A stretch of DNA of 64,000 bases, taken from Candidatus Latescibacterota bacterium. GTDB lineage: Bacteria; Latescibacterota; UBA2968; UBA8231. Shown piece after piece: positions 9,421 to 18,811 of the stretch (its first letter is position 1; each line of letters opens with the position of its first letter). Under the pieces are notes generated by a model. It saw nothing but the letters and a program-made list of their open reading frames with translations, did no database searches and was not told the DNA's origin. Where the stretch lies: the NCBI GenBank assembly GCA_965248265.1, contig CBDFJF010000002.1, positions 480,001-544,000 of the forward strand. Direction: 5' to 3'. Both the position numbers and the translations under genes were made by a program.

Positions 9421-9785
9421 TGGACGGGAAACAGCGGGAGAAAGCGCTGCTCGAACAAGCGCCAAGGGAACACGAGATCACCATCCAGGGTCCTTCAGGG
9501 ACGTTCCCCGGCATCGCCGTCGGCGAACTTTCGGATGACCAGAAGGGACTCGTCAGGGAGGTCATCAAGGCCTTGCTGGCCCCGTATCATGAGAGCCATG
9601 TCGAGGAGACGCTTGGCATTCTGGATGCCGGCGGATTCGACCGACTGCACATGTCGTTCTACAAGTCCGACGACCTGGGTGACGACGGGGAATGGGACAT
9701 CTGGCGCCTCGAAGGGCCGACTTTCGTCTGGCACTTCCGCGGCGCGCCGCACGTCCACGCCTACGTGAACATCGCCAGCGCGTAG
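9417..9785 (+). pseudogene. C-terminal fragment of a DUF3500-like protein
   Basis: LDGKQREKALL...WRLEGPTFVWHFRGAPHVHAYVNI resembles the DUF3500 C-terminus; only ~120 aa, no RBS-supported start. Confidence 0.65.
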
Positions 9786-9822
9786 TGGCCTGCCATGGAT
9801 CCCAGTCGCATCGTAGACTGAT

Positions 9823-10587
9823 TCAGGCGCAGGCGGGATTCGACTCGGTCCAGCGGTTGTAGGTGGGATCGTCCCTAAGAGCCAGGTTGTCACGGGCATC
9901 GCGCCACATGGCGTACCAGACCTCGGGGTCGTGCAGTTCGGACTCGGGGTTGGAGCGGCTGCGCGCCACGAACCCGGGAAACTCCTCGCGCCCGGTCGGT
10001 TGGCCCACAGGACTGTAGCGCAGATCAAAACTCCAGCGGATCTGGTCGCTTGTGTTGGCGAAGGATCCGTGGCATGTCCAGCGACTCATGAAAAGGACAT
10101 CACCCGCCTGCATGGGAACGGGGATGGCGTCCTCCTCAGCAAAAAACCTGGTGGGAATCTCGTATCCCCCCTCGGCCAGCAGGCAGTGCTGCCGCAGCCG
10201 TTCGCGATGACTCCCGGGAACCAGCTTGATGCAGCCATGCTCGATGCCGGATGCGGTCAGTGGCAACCAGACAGTGAGCATCTCGGTGTCGTCCGCTTCC
10301 GGCCGCACCACGCCGCCATCCTGGTGCCAGGGAGTGGCCTTGACGAGGTCACTCGAGCCCAACTCCGGAAGTAGATACTCCGGGGGGTTTGATACGCACG
10401 TGCTGCACCGGGGTTGAGTAGAGCTCGGGTCCGATGAGCGACTCGGCGACATCCAGCAGTTTGTGGTTGAGGCGGTGTACTCGTCAATGACGGGCTGCAG
10501 GTCCTGGTCGAAGTCCAGCAGGCTCTTGGCGACGAAATAGCCATCCCGTTCGAATTGTTCCAGTTGATTGGCGCTCAAGGTTTGCAA
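9823..10587 (-). pseudogene. PhyH (phytanoyl-CoA dioxygenase) family gene with an internal deletion and a compensated frameshift
   Basis: N-terminal QLEQFERDGY, plus PWHQD, VPGSH and HGSFAN are intact. The conserved segment LNHKLLDVAESLIGPELYSTPVQHVRIKPP lies in a different frame between ~10470 and the C6 run at ~10382-10387. Confidence 0.7.
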
Positions 10588-10602
10588 CGGTTTTGCCCTT
10601 CC

Positions 10603-11439
10603 CTATAAATCGTCCACGATTTCCAGCGCCTCATGTGCGGTAGGCTGGTCACCGCCGGCTGTGCGCTCGCAGAATGCTCGGGTTCTGCTGTTGAGAACAC
10701 CGTAGAACCCGCGCGTTTCCTCGTCGGGATGGTCTCGCCACAGAGACGGGGGGACCACGGAGGCGCTGGCACCTTCGTACTCCTCGCGGTGCCGGTGGCA
10801 GTAGCCTATCTGTACAGATTTGCGTTCAGACGTCGTCTCGCGGACGGCGACCGTGTGCAGGACCGACACGTTGAACAGTATTCCCGTGCCCGCACTGCCG
10901 TGCAGCTCGCGGATTCCACCGCGCTCGACTTGAGCTTCCTTGTTGAGAATTTCCTGACCGACCGATTCCGGCGAAATGGCAAAACTGTGGGTTTTATCGC
11001 TGACGTCGGCCAGGTAAACGAGCAGCGCGATATAGCCCATGCGTAGCGGATGTTCCGGCCACATGAACCGTGCCCCCCCATCTCTGTGCCAGCGGTGCCC
11101 GACGGGTCCATCCCACGACGTTAAGCCGCGAACCGTCTCACCCGCATAGGCCCCCATGTGCCTGAGACAGATTTCCGAGAAGCAGACCTCGCTTCCCATC
11201 AGAGCCTGCAGCGGTTCCATGACTTTCGGGTGACGGATGAGCCCGTCGAATTCGGGTGCCGTCAACAGCACGTGGCCGTAGATGGTTTGCCAGATTCCGG
11301 TATCCCTCCAGAAACGCCCGTACCTGTGTCGCTCCTGCTCGAACAGCTCAGCATAGCGGCTGATCTCGTCGTCGCTAAGTATCTGGCCGAGCTCCACGTA
11401 ACCGTTGCTCTTGAAGAAATCGTAATCCTCTTGTTTCAC
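10603..11439 (-). CDS. PhyH family Fe(II)/2-oxoglutarate dioxygenase
   Basis: DFFKSNGYV, LIRHPKVM, WHRD, SVLHTV. GTG start at 11439 after AAGGGA. Confidence 0.8.
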   Translation of the reverse strand: MKQEDYDFFKSNGYVELGQILSDDEISRYAELFEQERHRYGRFWRDTGIWQTIYGHVLLTAPEFDGLIRHPKVMEPLQALMGSEVCFSEICLRHMGAYAGETVRGLTSWDGPVGHRWHRDGGARFMWPEHPLRMGYIALLVYLADVSDKTHSFAISPESVGQEILNKEAQVERGGIRELHGSAGTGILFNVSVLHTVAVRETTSERKSVQIGYCHRHREEYEGASASVVPPSLWRDHPDEETRGFYGVLNSRTRAFCERTAGGDQPTAHEALEIVDDL

Positions 11440-11467
11440 CGATTCCCTTTGGCTTTCTGCTGACCCG

Positions 11468-12058
11468 CTAGCTGATCTCGAAGGACCCCATCGACAGCTT
11501 GACCTGAACGGCTTTGTTGAAGCCGACGAACGAGAAACCGTAACTTTCGCAGTCGGCGAGGCACTCGTCCAGAGAAGGTGGGTCGTCGCGACGCGATGTC
11601 CAACTCCGGTGCCAGAGGGCTTCGTCGTTGACCAGCCGGAATGCGTCCGGGCCGGCGCCCCATGCATCCGCACAAATATCAACCGGTCTGCTGTTCAGAT
11701 GCCACCTCGTGTGCTGCGTCGTGCCAGGACCTACGATCCAGAAATAGCACTCTCCTCCATCCAGATCGAGGCCGTCGCCCCGTAAATGAACCGACACCTC
11801 CCTGTCTCGCAGATCGATCGGGTCATCGCCGATCCACCCCCGGTAATGGACGAACGGCAGAATCGATTGGGGCTGCTCGGGGACGTCGGGGGTCCAGTAG
11901 GTCTCCTCGCACGAGACATACGGTGCGCCGTTCAGACCGCCTTCCCGCTCCCAGTTGCCCAGCACGAAAACCCGCCCCCGTCCGCTCACGACACTGGCGT
12001 GATAGTCATAGGAACACCACGACTCGGGCCCCTTGTCGAATACGTTCTTCACCAGCAT
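11468..12058 (-). CDS. hypothetical protein (Trp-rich, probable beta-sandwich)
   Basis: 196-aa ORF with GAGGAG RBS before MLVKNVF, inside a minus-strand run; no recognised motif. Confidence 0.6.
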   Translation of the reverse strand: MLVKNVFDKGPESWCSYDYHASVVSGRGRVFVLGNWEREGGLNGAPYVSCEETYWTPDVPEQPQSILPFVHYRGWIGDDPIDLRDREVSVHLRGDGLDLDGGECYFWIVGPGTTQHTRWHLNSRPVDICADAWGAGPDAFRLVNDEALWHRSWTSRRDDPPSLDECLADCESYGFSFVGFNKAVQVKLSMGSFEIS

Positions 12059-12182
12059 GGTGCGACTCCTCAGGGCGACTCGCGCATCCGCTGTTGACGG
12101 TCTATATCGGTGAATCTGGACTCGTTGCCTGTGATCAAGGCCTTCGGGTAAACGCGAATATATGCGAAATACCCCGAACCCA

Positions 12183-12932
12183 TCACTCGCCGGCGTGAGT
12201 GGCCCAGTCCGGCCAGTCAATAGTCATGCCGTCGCTCCCACTGTCAACGACCCTTTGGATGAGCGCGCGGACTTCTGAAGTTTTGCCGCCCATTCCCCAG
12301 ACGCGAATCTCCTCGACCGCATCATGTCCCCGCTTCACGAGCTGCTCGGTTGTGGTTCGCGCTGGCGGGCACAGTTGAAACAGATTCAAGCGGGCGGCAC
12401 CATCGAGTGCTTTCTGGTCGAACTCATGCACCAGCCAGCCCAGGCGGCAGCTACTCGAGATGTCCCGCATCCGCTCCAGTTGCTCCCATGAAAACGAGGT
12501 AACGATCGAACGCTCGAGCAGGCCGTGCCCTGCAATTATGGCGAAAACCTTCGCTGGCAGATCCGCTGCCTTCCCCTTCAGTTCTATGTGGAAGATGAAG
12601 TCGTCGGCGAATCGTTTGACTATCCCCTCGAGTGTGGCCATGGGTGTATTTCCATAGAGGAAAGGCGAGAACCAGGAGCCCAAGTCGAGCGGCAACAACG
12701 CATCAGATGTCAGCGTCTCGACGATCTGGTCTCCATGGCCGTACCGCTGTAGAGAGTCGTCGTGACACAGTACCACTACGTCATCTGTGGCCAGCTGCGT
12801 ATCCAACTCGACTTCGCGAACACCCATCTTCTTTGCCAACTCGAAGGCCGGCATCGTGTTTTCCGGTGCATAGGCGCATGCACCCCGATGGGCGATGATG
12901 CGGAAGTGTTCAGGTACGGTTATCGAACTCAT
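12183..12932 (-). CDS. glycerophosphodiester phosphodiesterase (GDPD)
   Basis: IIAHRGACAYAPENT, VELDTQL, VLCHD, IELK, TIDWPD. Confidence 0.9.
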   Translation of the reverse strand: MSSITVPEHFRIIAHRGACAYAPENTMPAFELAKKMGVREVELDTQLATDDVVVLCHDDSLQRYGHGDQIVETLTSDALLPLDLGSWFSPFLYGNTPMATLEGIVKRFADDFIFHIELKGKAADLPAKVFAIIAGHGLLERSIVTSFSWEQLERMRDISSSCRLGWLVHEFDQKALDGAARLNLFQLCPPARTTTEQLVKRGHDAVEEIRVWGMGGKTSEVRALIQRVVDSGSDGMTIDWPDWATHAGE

Positions 12933-14410
12933 CGCGATGCGTTGTCGAAAAACCGGCGCGGTGAGAAAAACTCTTCCGGGTAGTAGTCAGGGCAGTCAAT
13001 ACCGAGGATCTTGAAGACAATGAACTGTGTGGCGAGGAAGGACACACCTGAACCGGAACCCGCCATTCCGCCCACGATATATAATCGTTTGTCATCCTGA
13101 AGACCGATGAGAGGAAACTCATCAGGGGTCATGCCTACCGTTCCACTCCACTCATTGGTAACTCGTATCCGTCCAATACCGAAAAATGGTTTCAAAAAGG
13201 CGGACACGTACCGGGTAATAAAACGGGAGGGCTGATTTCTTCCTGCCTCCTTGTCAGGTACTTTCGACATATCCGACCCGAAAAGGATGCCATCTTTGGT
13301 GCGCCCGAAAAACATTTGAGGACTGCTGATGCCTACATTGTGTCGCATCGATCCACCGTCACTGTCCCCAAAAGCTGCCTGGGTCTGTCCTGCCCTCAAG
13401 ATGTTGTGAAATTCTTTGAACAATGAAGGTGTATGGGATTCGGTGGCATTGATTACATGACGTGCCCTGATCGGCCCGCGATCAGTATGGATATCATAGT
13501 ACTCACCCACGTCGTTCACCTCATTGACCCTGGTGCGCGAGTAGAACTCTACCGTCGGTGACTTGAGGGCTACCTGAAAGAGACCCCAGATCCATTTTGC
13601 CGGGTGCCAGTTGGCCGTCCCTTGAGAGTGGCCAGCATCGTGATCAGTTTTGATGCCCGCCTTCTGCATTGCTTCCTCTTTGGAGATTCTATTCCAGTCC
13701 GTGAATCCCGTCTCTTCACCCATGCGCTGGGCGGCCAGCGGTGTGTCCTTGCTGTCCTCATCGGTAGCCCAAACCCAGCCCTTCTTTACATAGTCACAGT
13801 CGATTCCCTCCTCCATCACGGTCTGCTCAATCAGCTGGTTGCTTTTCATCCCCGCAACAACGTAGGGCCGGGCAAACTCGTGAGCATGGGCCACCCTTTC
13901 CTCTGCGCTCATTTCAGGTCGTGATTTCTCCAGATTCTTCAAAACGGTGCCGTGCACATAGTGGTAATAGCGGCCCATGGTCACGAAGCCGGCATTGCGT
14001 CCACCTGAACCGCTCGCCGCGTCGTTCATTTCAAGAACGACCATCTTGCCCTTGCCGTGCTTTGACCAATGATAGGCGGCGCCTGCACCAGCGAACCCTG
14101 CTCCGATGACGACTACCTCAGCTTCCTCGGGAATTTCTGAGTCGGGTGAGTCTCCCCAGGGATGATTTTCAAGGGGATTGGGGTCCTTCAGCCAGACGGG
14201 AGTTGTCGACACTGGACTCTCATACTGAACCCAATCGATGGCATCGGGTATCGTCCGCCACATGGTCTTCATCGACCACACGAAGAAGAGCCAGAACCTG
14301 TGAAACAGTCCTTTGCCAGGATACATCGAGCCAATCCACGTTCGCGCTGAGCGAAATTCACGCCGGCGCATGCTCAATAGCAATTCAACGAATGAGAGCA
14401 GTCTTTTCAT
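12929..14410 (-). CDS. FAD-dependent oxidoreductase (DAO/PuuB-like) with N-terminal extension
   Basis: VVVIGAGFAG, ASGSGGRNAG, WSGTVGMTPDEFPLIG. Confidence 0.85.
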   Translation of the reverse strand: MKRLLSFVELLLSMRRREFRSARTWIGSMYPGKGLFHRFWLFFVWSMKTMWRTIPDAIDWVQYESPVSTTPVWLKDPNPLENHPWGDSPDSEIPEEAEVVVIGAGFAGAGAAYHWSKHGKGKMVVLEMNDAASGSGGRNAGFVTMGRYYHYVHGTVLKNLEKSRPEMSAEERVAHAHEFARPYVVAGMKSNQLIEQTVMEEGIDCDYVKKGWVWATDEDSKDTPLAAQRMGEETGFTDWNRISKEEAMQKAGIKTDHDAGHSQGTANWHPAKWIWGLFQVALKSPTVEFYSRTRVNEVNDVGEYYDIHTDRGPIRARHVINATESHTPSLFKEFHNILRAGQTQAAFGDSDGGSMRHNVGISSPQMFFGRTKDGILFGSDMSKVPDKEAGRNQPSRFITRYVSAFLKPFFGIGRIRVTNEWSGTVGMTPDEFPLIGLQDDKRLYIVGGMAGSGSGVSFLATQFIVFKILGIDCPDYYPEEFFSPRRFFDNASR

Positions 14411-14417
14411 GATCACG

Positions 14418-15404
14418 CTACCGCGTGGGACCCGCGACGACGTTGACAGGCTTGTCGTGGTAGAAGCCCACGAGATTGTCGATGGCGATATCGTAGACTC
14501 GGCCCGTTGCTTCGGGCGTGTTCCAGGCTACGTGTGGCGACAGCACGACATTCTCCAGCTGCAGCAGTGGATCACTGAGAGCGGGCGGTTCCTCTGGAAA
14601 GACGTCGAGACCGGCAGCAGCGATGTGTGACGATTGCAGGAGCTGTGTCAACGCATCACAGTCGATCAAGGCACCTCGAGCCGTGTTCAGCACCACCACG
14701 CCCTTCTTCGTCCGCGCCAGATCGCCGGCACCGAGGATTCGCTCTGTTTCACCAATGTGGGCCACGTGCATGGAGAGGACATCGCTCTCTCGCAGGATTT
14801 CGTCGAATGATGCGAACTCGACGCAGTCCCGTTCGGCGCGTTCGGCGCTGGGGTTTCGCGTCCAGGCGCGCACCTTCATGCCGATTCCCGAGGCCAGCCT
14901 GGCGAAGTGAACGGCAATCGGGCCGCAGCCCAACAACCCCAGCATCTTGCCCTGGAGCTCGATGGCGGGGAGGCCCTGGTTCCATACTCCATTGCGCACC
15001 TCGCGGTCGAGGCGGGGAATGTGACGGGTGCAGGCCAACATCAGGGCCAGTGCATGCTCGGCCACCGTCGGTTCAAGGGCGCCGGGGGAGTTGCAGACGG
15101 TGATCCCCTGAGCGGAGGCGGCGTTCAGGTCGACGTAGGTGTCGACTCCGCGGCCCGTAAAGGAGATTACTTCGAGGTCCCTCGCCTGTCTCATGATGTC
15201 TACTGGAAAAGGGGTCGGCCCTCCGATCAAGATTGCATCCGCGTGCCGTGCCCGTTTCAGGTACTCCTCATCGGTATCCGGGTCACCGTAGCAGATCTCG
15301 AACTCGCCGAGCTTCTCCAGGCGGCGTCTGCGGTCGCCGCCGGCAAAGACGACATCGGCTTCGGGGCCGGCATCGACGAAGATGATTCGCTTTTTCTCAA
15401 CCAT
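14418..15404 (-). CDS. D-isomer-specific 2-hydroxyacid dehydrogenase
   Basis: VAEHALALML, LGLLGCGPIA, LNTARG, LDVFPEEP, SPHVAW. Confidence 0.9.
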   Translation of the reverse strand: MVEKKRIIFVDAGPEADVVFAGGDRRRRLEKLGEFEICYGDPDTDEEYLKRARHADAILIGGPTPFPVDIMRQARDLEVISFTGRGVDTYVDLNAASAQGITVCNSPGALEPTVAEHALALMLACTRHIPRLDREVRNGVWNQGLPAIELQGKMLGLLGCGPIAVHFARLASGIGMKVRAWTRNPSAERAERDCVEFASFDEILRESDVLSMHVAHIGETERILGAGDLARTKKGVVVLNTARGALIDCDALTQLLQSSHIAAAGLDVFPEEPPALSDPLLQLENVVLSPHVAWNTPEATGRVYDIAIDNLVGFYHDKPVNVVAGPTR

Positions 15405-15563
15405 TTTTCTCGGACATTGTCTCAAACAGGGAGAGCCGAAGTCTTGTAAACAGGTTGTCATCATAGACGAAAAGCTGTTTCATCTCCTGCTGGAGTATAG
15501 GCTCTTTCAGACAGAGAATCGACATGGTGACAGCCCGACCACAGGAGTTCATGAGGGGGAAAG

Positions 15564-16649
15564 ATGAAAATCATCGATGTCAGTCCCGCGCTCTACCGGA
15601 TACCACTACCCATCGTGTTGTCCGATTCGACGCACGGCGACATCTCTCACTTCGAACTGATAACCGTTCGCATCCACACGGATGAAGGCGTCGAGGGGAC
15701 CGGTTACACCTTTACGCCGGGCACGGGGGGCTCGTCCGTTCACGCCATCCTCGCACACGATTTGCGCGAGCAGTTGATCGGCCGCGATCCACGACGCATC
15801 GAGCAACTCTGGGAAAACATGTGGTGGCACCTGCACTTCGTCGGCCGTGGAGGGTCAGTAGTGTTCGCGATTTCAGCCATCGACATCGCGCTCTGGGACA
15901 TCAAGGGGAAATCAGAGGACGAGCCATGGTGGCGGCTGCTCGGGGGACATGACAACCGCGTTCGTACCTACGCCGGCGGCGTCGACCTGTACTTCACGCT
16001 GGACGATCTCATCGCCCAGGCCGAGCGCTTCCTTTCCGAAGGATTTCGCGCCATAAAGATGAAGATCGGACGCCCGCACCTCGAAGAGGACCTCGAGCGC
16101 GTGACTCACATGCGCGAGGTGCTCGGCAGCATGCCTCTGCTGGTCGATGCCAACATGGGTTGGCGTGTGGATGAGGCGATTCGCGCTGCGCGAAGACTGG
16201 CCGAGCACGACGTGTTCTGGCTGGAAGAGCCCACCGTCCCGGACGACGTCGACGGCCATGCCCGGATCGCGCGTGAAGGAGGGGTGCCCCTCGCCACGGG
16301 CGAGAACATGCACACGATCTACGAGTTCGAGCATATGATCAGGCGCGGTGGGATCTCGTTTCCCGAGCCGGACGTCGCTACATGTGGAGGCGTCACGGTG
16401 TGGCTGAAAATCGCGCGGCTGGCCGAGGCGAACAACCTGCCCGTCACCTCTCACGGCGTCCACGACCTCTCCGTCCATCTGCTCTCAGCCGTCCCCAACG
16501 CGTCTTTTCTTGAAGTACACATGTTTGGTCTGGAGCAGTACATCCATCATCCCCTCGTCATCGACGATGGGTTCGCCATCGCCCCGGATCGCCCGGGACA
16601 CGGCGTTTCGCTCAACTGGGAAAAGCTGGAAGAGCATCGAACCGCCTGA
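15564..16649 (+). CDS. mandelate racemase / muconate lactonizing enzyme family (enolase superfamily)
   Basis: AIDIALWDIKGK, KMK, VDAN, WLEEP, ATGEN, PDRPGHG. Confidence 0.92.
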   Translation: MKIIDVSPALYRIPLPIVLSDSTHGDISHFELITVRIHTDEGVEGTGYTFTPGTGGSSVHAILAHDLREQLIGRDPRRIEQLWENMWWHLHFVGRGGSVVFAISAIDIALWDIKGKSEDEPWWRLLGGHDNRVRTYAGGVDLYFTLDDLIAQAERFLSEGFRAIKMKIGRPHLEEDLERVTHMREVLGSMPLLVDANMGWRVDEAIRAARRLAEHDVFWLEEPTVPDDVDGHARIAREGGVPLATGENMHTIYEFEHMIRRGGISFPEPDVATCGGVTVWLKIARLAEANNLPVTSHGVHDLSVHLLSAVPNASFLEVHMFGLEQYIHHPLVIDDGFAIAPDRPGHGVSLNWEKLEEHRTA

Positions 16650-16693
16650 CCCAACCCCAGTCGGCGCTTATGGAGTTGCAAACGAGGGAACTG

Positions 16694-17424
16694 ATGTCAC
16701 ACACTGGTTTGAAACAAAAATAAGTAGAGGGGACACGGTTGTAGGATGCAGGATCAATCTCGGTACCACACGGGATGAGTTCGCCGCCGCTGTGCAGTCG
16801 GACTCGTACGAATTCGTCTGCTTCGACGGTCAGCATTTCCCGTATAGCGATCAAGCCGCTGTCGATTTCTGCCATCTCGCCGAGGAATTCGATATACCAA
16901 TGGGTATGCGAATCAAACATCCTCGGGAGGCGTACCTGCCGGGCAACTATCTCGACCTAGGGGTGACCAGTATGGAAGTGCCACTGAGCGAATCTGAATC
17001 GACGGCGCACGAGGCGGTGACCAATTTCTACTACCCTCCGCTTGGGAGGCGTAGCTACCGCGGCGTCTATCGCAGACAGGCAGCCGATTTCGATTCATCC
17101 GATGTTCGCGGCTATGCTGATTGGTGGAACGAGACCGGGGTGTTGTGGCTGCAGGTCGAGTCTCTTGCCGCGGTCATGAACGCACATGAGCTGGCTCTGG
17201 AGGGAGTGGACTGCTTGTCTTTCGGCCCAAGCGATCTGACCCTCGACATCGAGTCCCATCCAAATCCGCACTACACGACTGTCGAGGAGTGTGTCGCCGC
17301 CGTTGCCGAGGCCGTCTCCCCCGACACCGCACTCTGCTTCCGCAGTAATCGAGCGGAGCGTCAGAAGTGGGCTGATCTGGGTGTCACGGTCTTTCTCGAG
17401 CCGCCGTCAAACGCTGCTGTATGA
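16694..17424 (+). pseudogene. HpcH/HpaI aldolase family gene with a single-base frameshift near the start
   Basis: GAGGGA + ATG at 16694 reads MSHTGLKQK* through an A5 run (16716-16720). One extra A gives MSHTGLKQKISRGDTVVG, joining the frame with YPPLGRRS, QVES, FGPSDL. Confidence 0.7.
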
Positions 17425-17494
17425 TTCGAAGGAGATTCACGCACGGGTGGGCTTGGGTGGGCTTAAGGCACTATAGTGGAAAGAGAGTACCACT

Positions 17495-18175
17495 GTGCTC
17501 GATGACTACCAATTGCTTGAAATGGAAGTTGAGGCGACAAATCCAGTGAACGCTGGTGGGTGTTTCACGAGCGAAAAATCACCACGACTGTTTCTGGGGC
17601 AGACGAGAGACGGTAACGTCCGCCGATATCGGCAAGACGTACCCGAACGCATCAAAGATGAACTTGATGACGCCATCGACGGGGAGCCGGTAGTCCAGGA
17701 CCTGCGTGTGGGGCTCACTTACCAGGAAGAATACCAACGGATACTGGGGAAGCAGGAGCCAGTTCAGCAGGTATCCAGGGGATTTGGGTACAAATACCCC
17801 GACAGTCTACAGAGGTATCAGGATGTCGTCAGGGTCACGCAGGATAACGTCCATCTGGGTGCAGAGACCTTCTCCTGGCTCTTAGATGAGCTCCAACAAA
17901 GTCAGCCCTGCGTAGCCACGATCCAGGACGATCGGTTCGTTTCGCTATGCCACAGTCCGTACATCTCAACAAGAGCGCATATTGCTGGTATCGACACCGT
18001 GGAAGGCTATCGCCGGAGAGGATACGCAGTCGCTGTCGCCGCTGAATGGGGCTGGGTGGTGCGGGAGCTGGGAAAGATCCCTATTTACAGCACCGGGATA
18101 GGCAATGTGGCTTCACAGGGTGTGGCGGCTAAGGTGGGACTGTTGCATTACAACTCGGACCATCACTTCATGTAG
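17495..18175 (+). CDS. GNAT family N-acetyltransferase
   Basis: C-terminal GIDTVEGYRRRGYA (acetyl-CoA motif A) and NVASQGVAAKVG. Confidence 0.8.
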   Translation: MLDDYQLLEMEVEATNPVNAGGCFTSEKSPRLFLGQTRDGNVRRYRQDVPERIKDELDDAIDGEPVVQDLRVGLTYQEEYQRILGKQEPVQQVSRGFGYKYPDSLQRYQDVVRVTQDNVHLGAETFSWLLDELQQSQPCVATIQDDRFVSLCHSPYISTRAHIAGIDTVEGYRRRGYAVAVAAEWGWVVRELGKIPIYSTGIGNVASQGVAAKVGLLHYNSDHHFM

Positions 18176-18184
18176 AGCCGGGCA

Positions 18185-18811
18185 GTGGAATACAAACAGC
18201 TGGGTAACACGGGACACAAGATCTCCGAGGTCGGACTGGGCACATCCAAGTACACTGGAGGACCGGAGCCTCTTCGAAAAGGGATTGAGCTGGGCGCCAG
18301 TCACATCGATACGGCCGAGGACTATGAGACAGAGGACCAGGTCGGTGAGGCCGTTGCCGGGATGCGCGACCGCGCTTTTATCGCAACGAAGGTGTTTCCC
18401 AATCACTTCCGTTACTCGGATGTGCTCGAAGCGGCTCAATCGGCGACATGCTATGAGATCGTCTCGAACCAGGTCCGCTACAGCCTTGGCGACCGCAGGA
18501 TAGAGGACGAACTTCTGCCATATTGCCAGGAAAACAATGTGACAGTGATCGCCTACAGTCCGTTGGCGGCCCTCTGGGGGTTCTCAAGCGCCAAGACCAG
18601 CCTACAAGACGAGGTCATCGACGCCATCGCCAAGGAGACCAACAAGACCAGGGCACAGGTTGCCCTCAACTGGTGCACCTCACGGGAGGGTGTCGTCGTG
18701 ATTCCAAAGTCGGATTCGGTCGAGCGTACCGTTGAGAATTGCGGGGCTTCGGGATGGCGACTTACCACGGACCAGCTGAATAGGCTCGACGAGGCTGACG
18801 TCAACGCATGA
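18185..18811 (+). pseudogene. aldo/keto reductase with an in-frame internal deletion
   Basis: LGNTG..ISEVGLGT, IDTAEDY, FIATKV, NQVRYSL, AYSPL, IPKS are present, but the SL..L..DYIDLY.LHWP...IGVSNF block is missing at DVLEAA|QSA (~18425-18436); only 208 aa. Confidence 0.75.
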
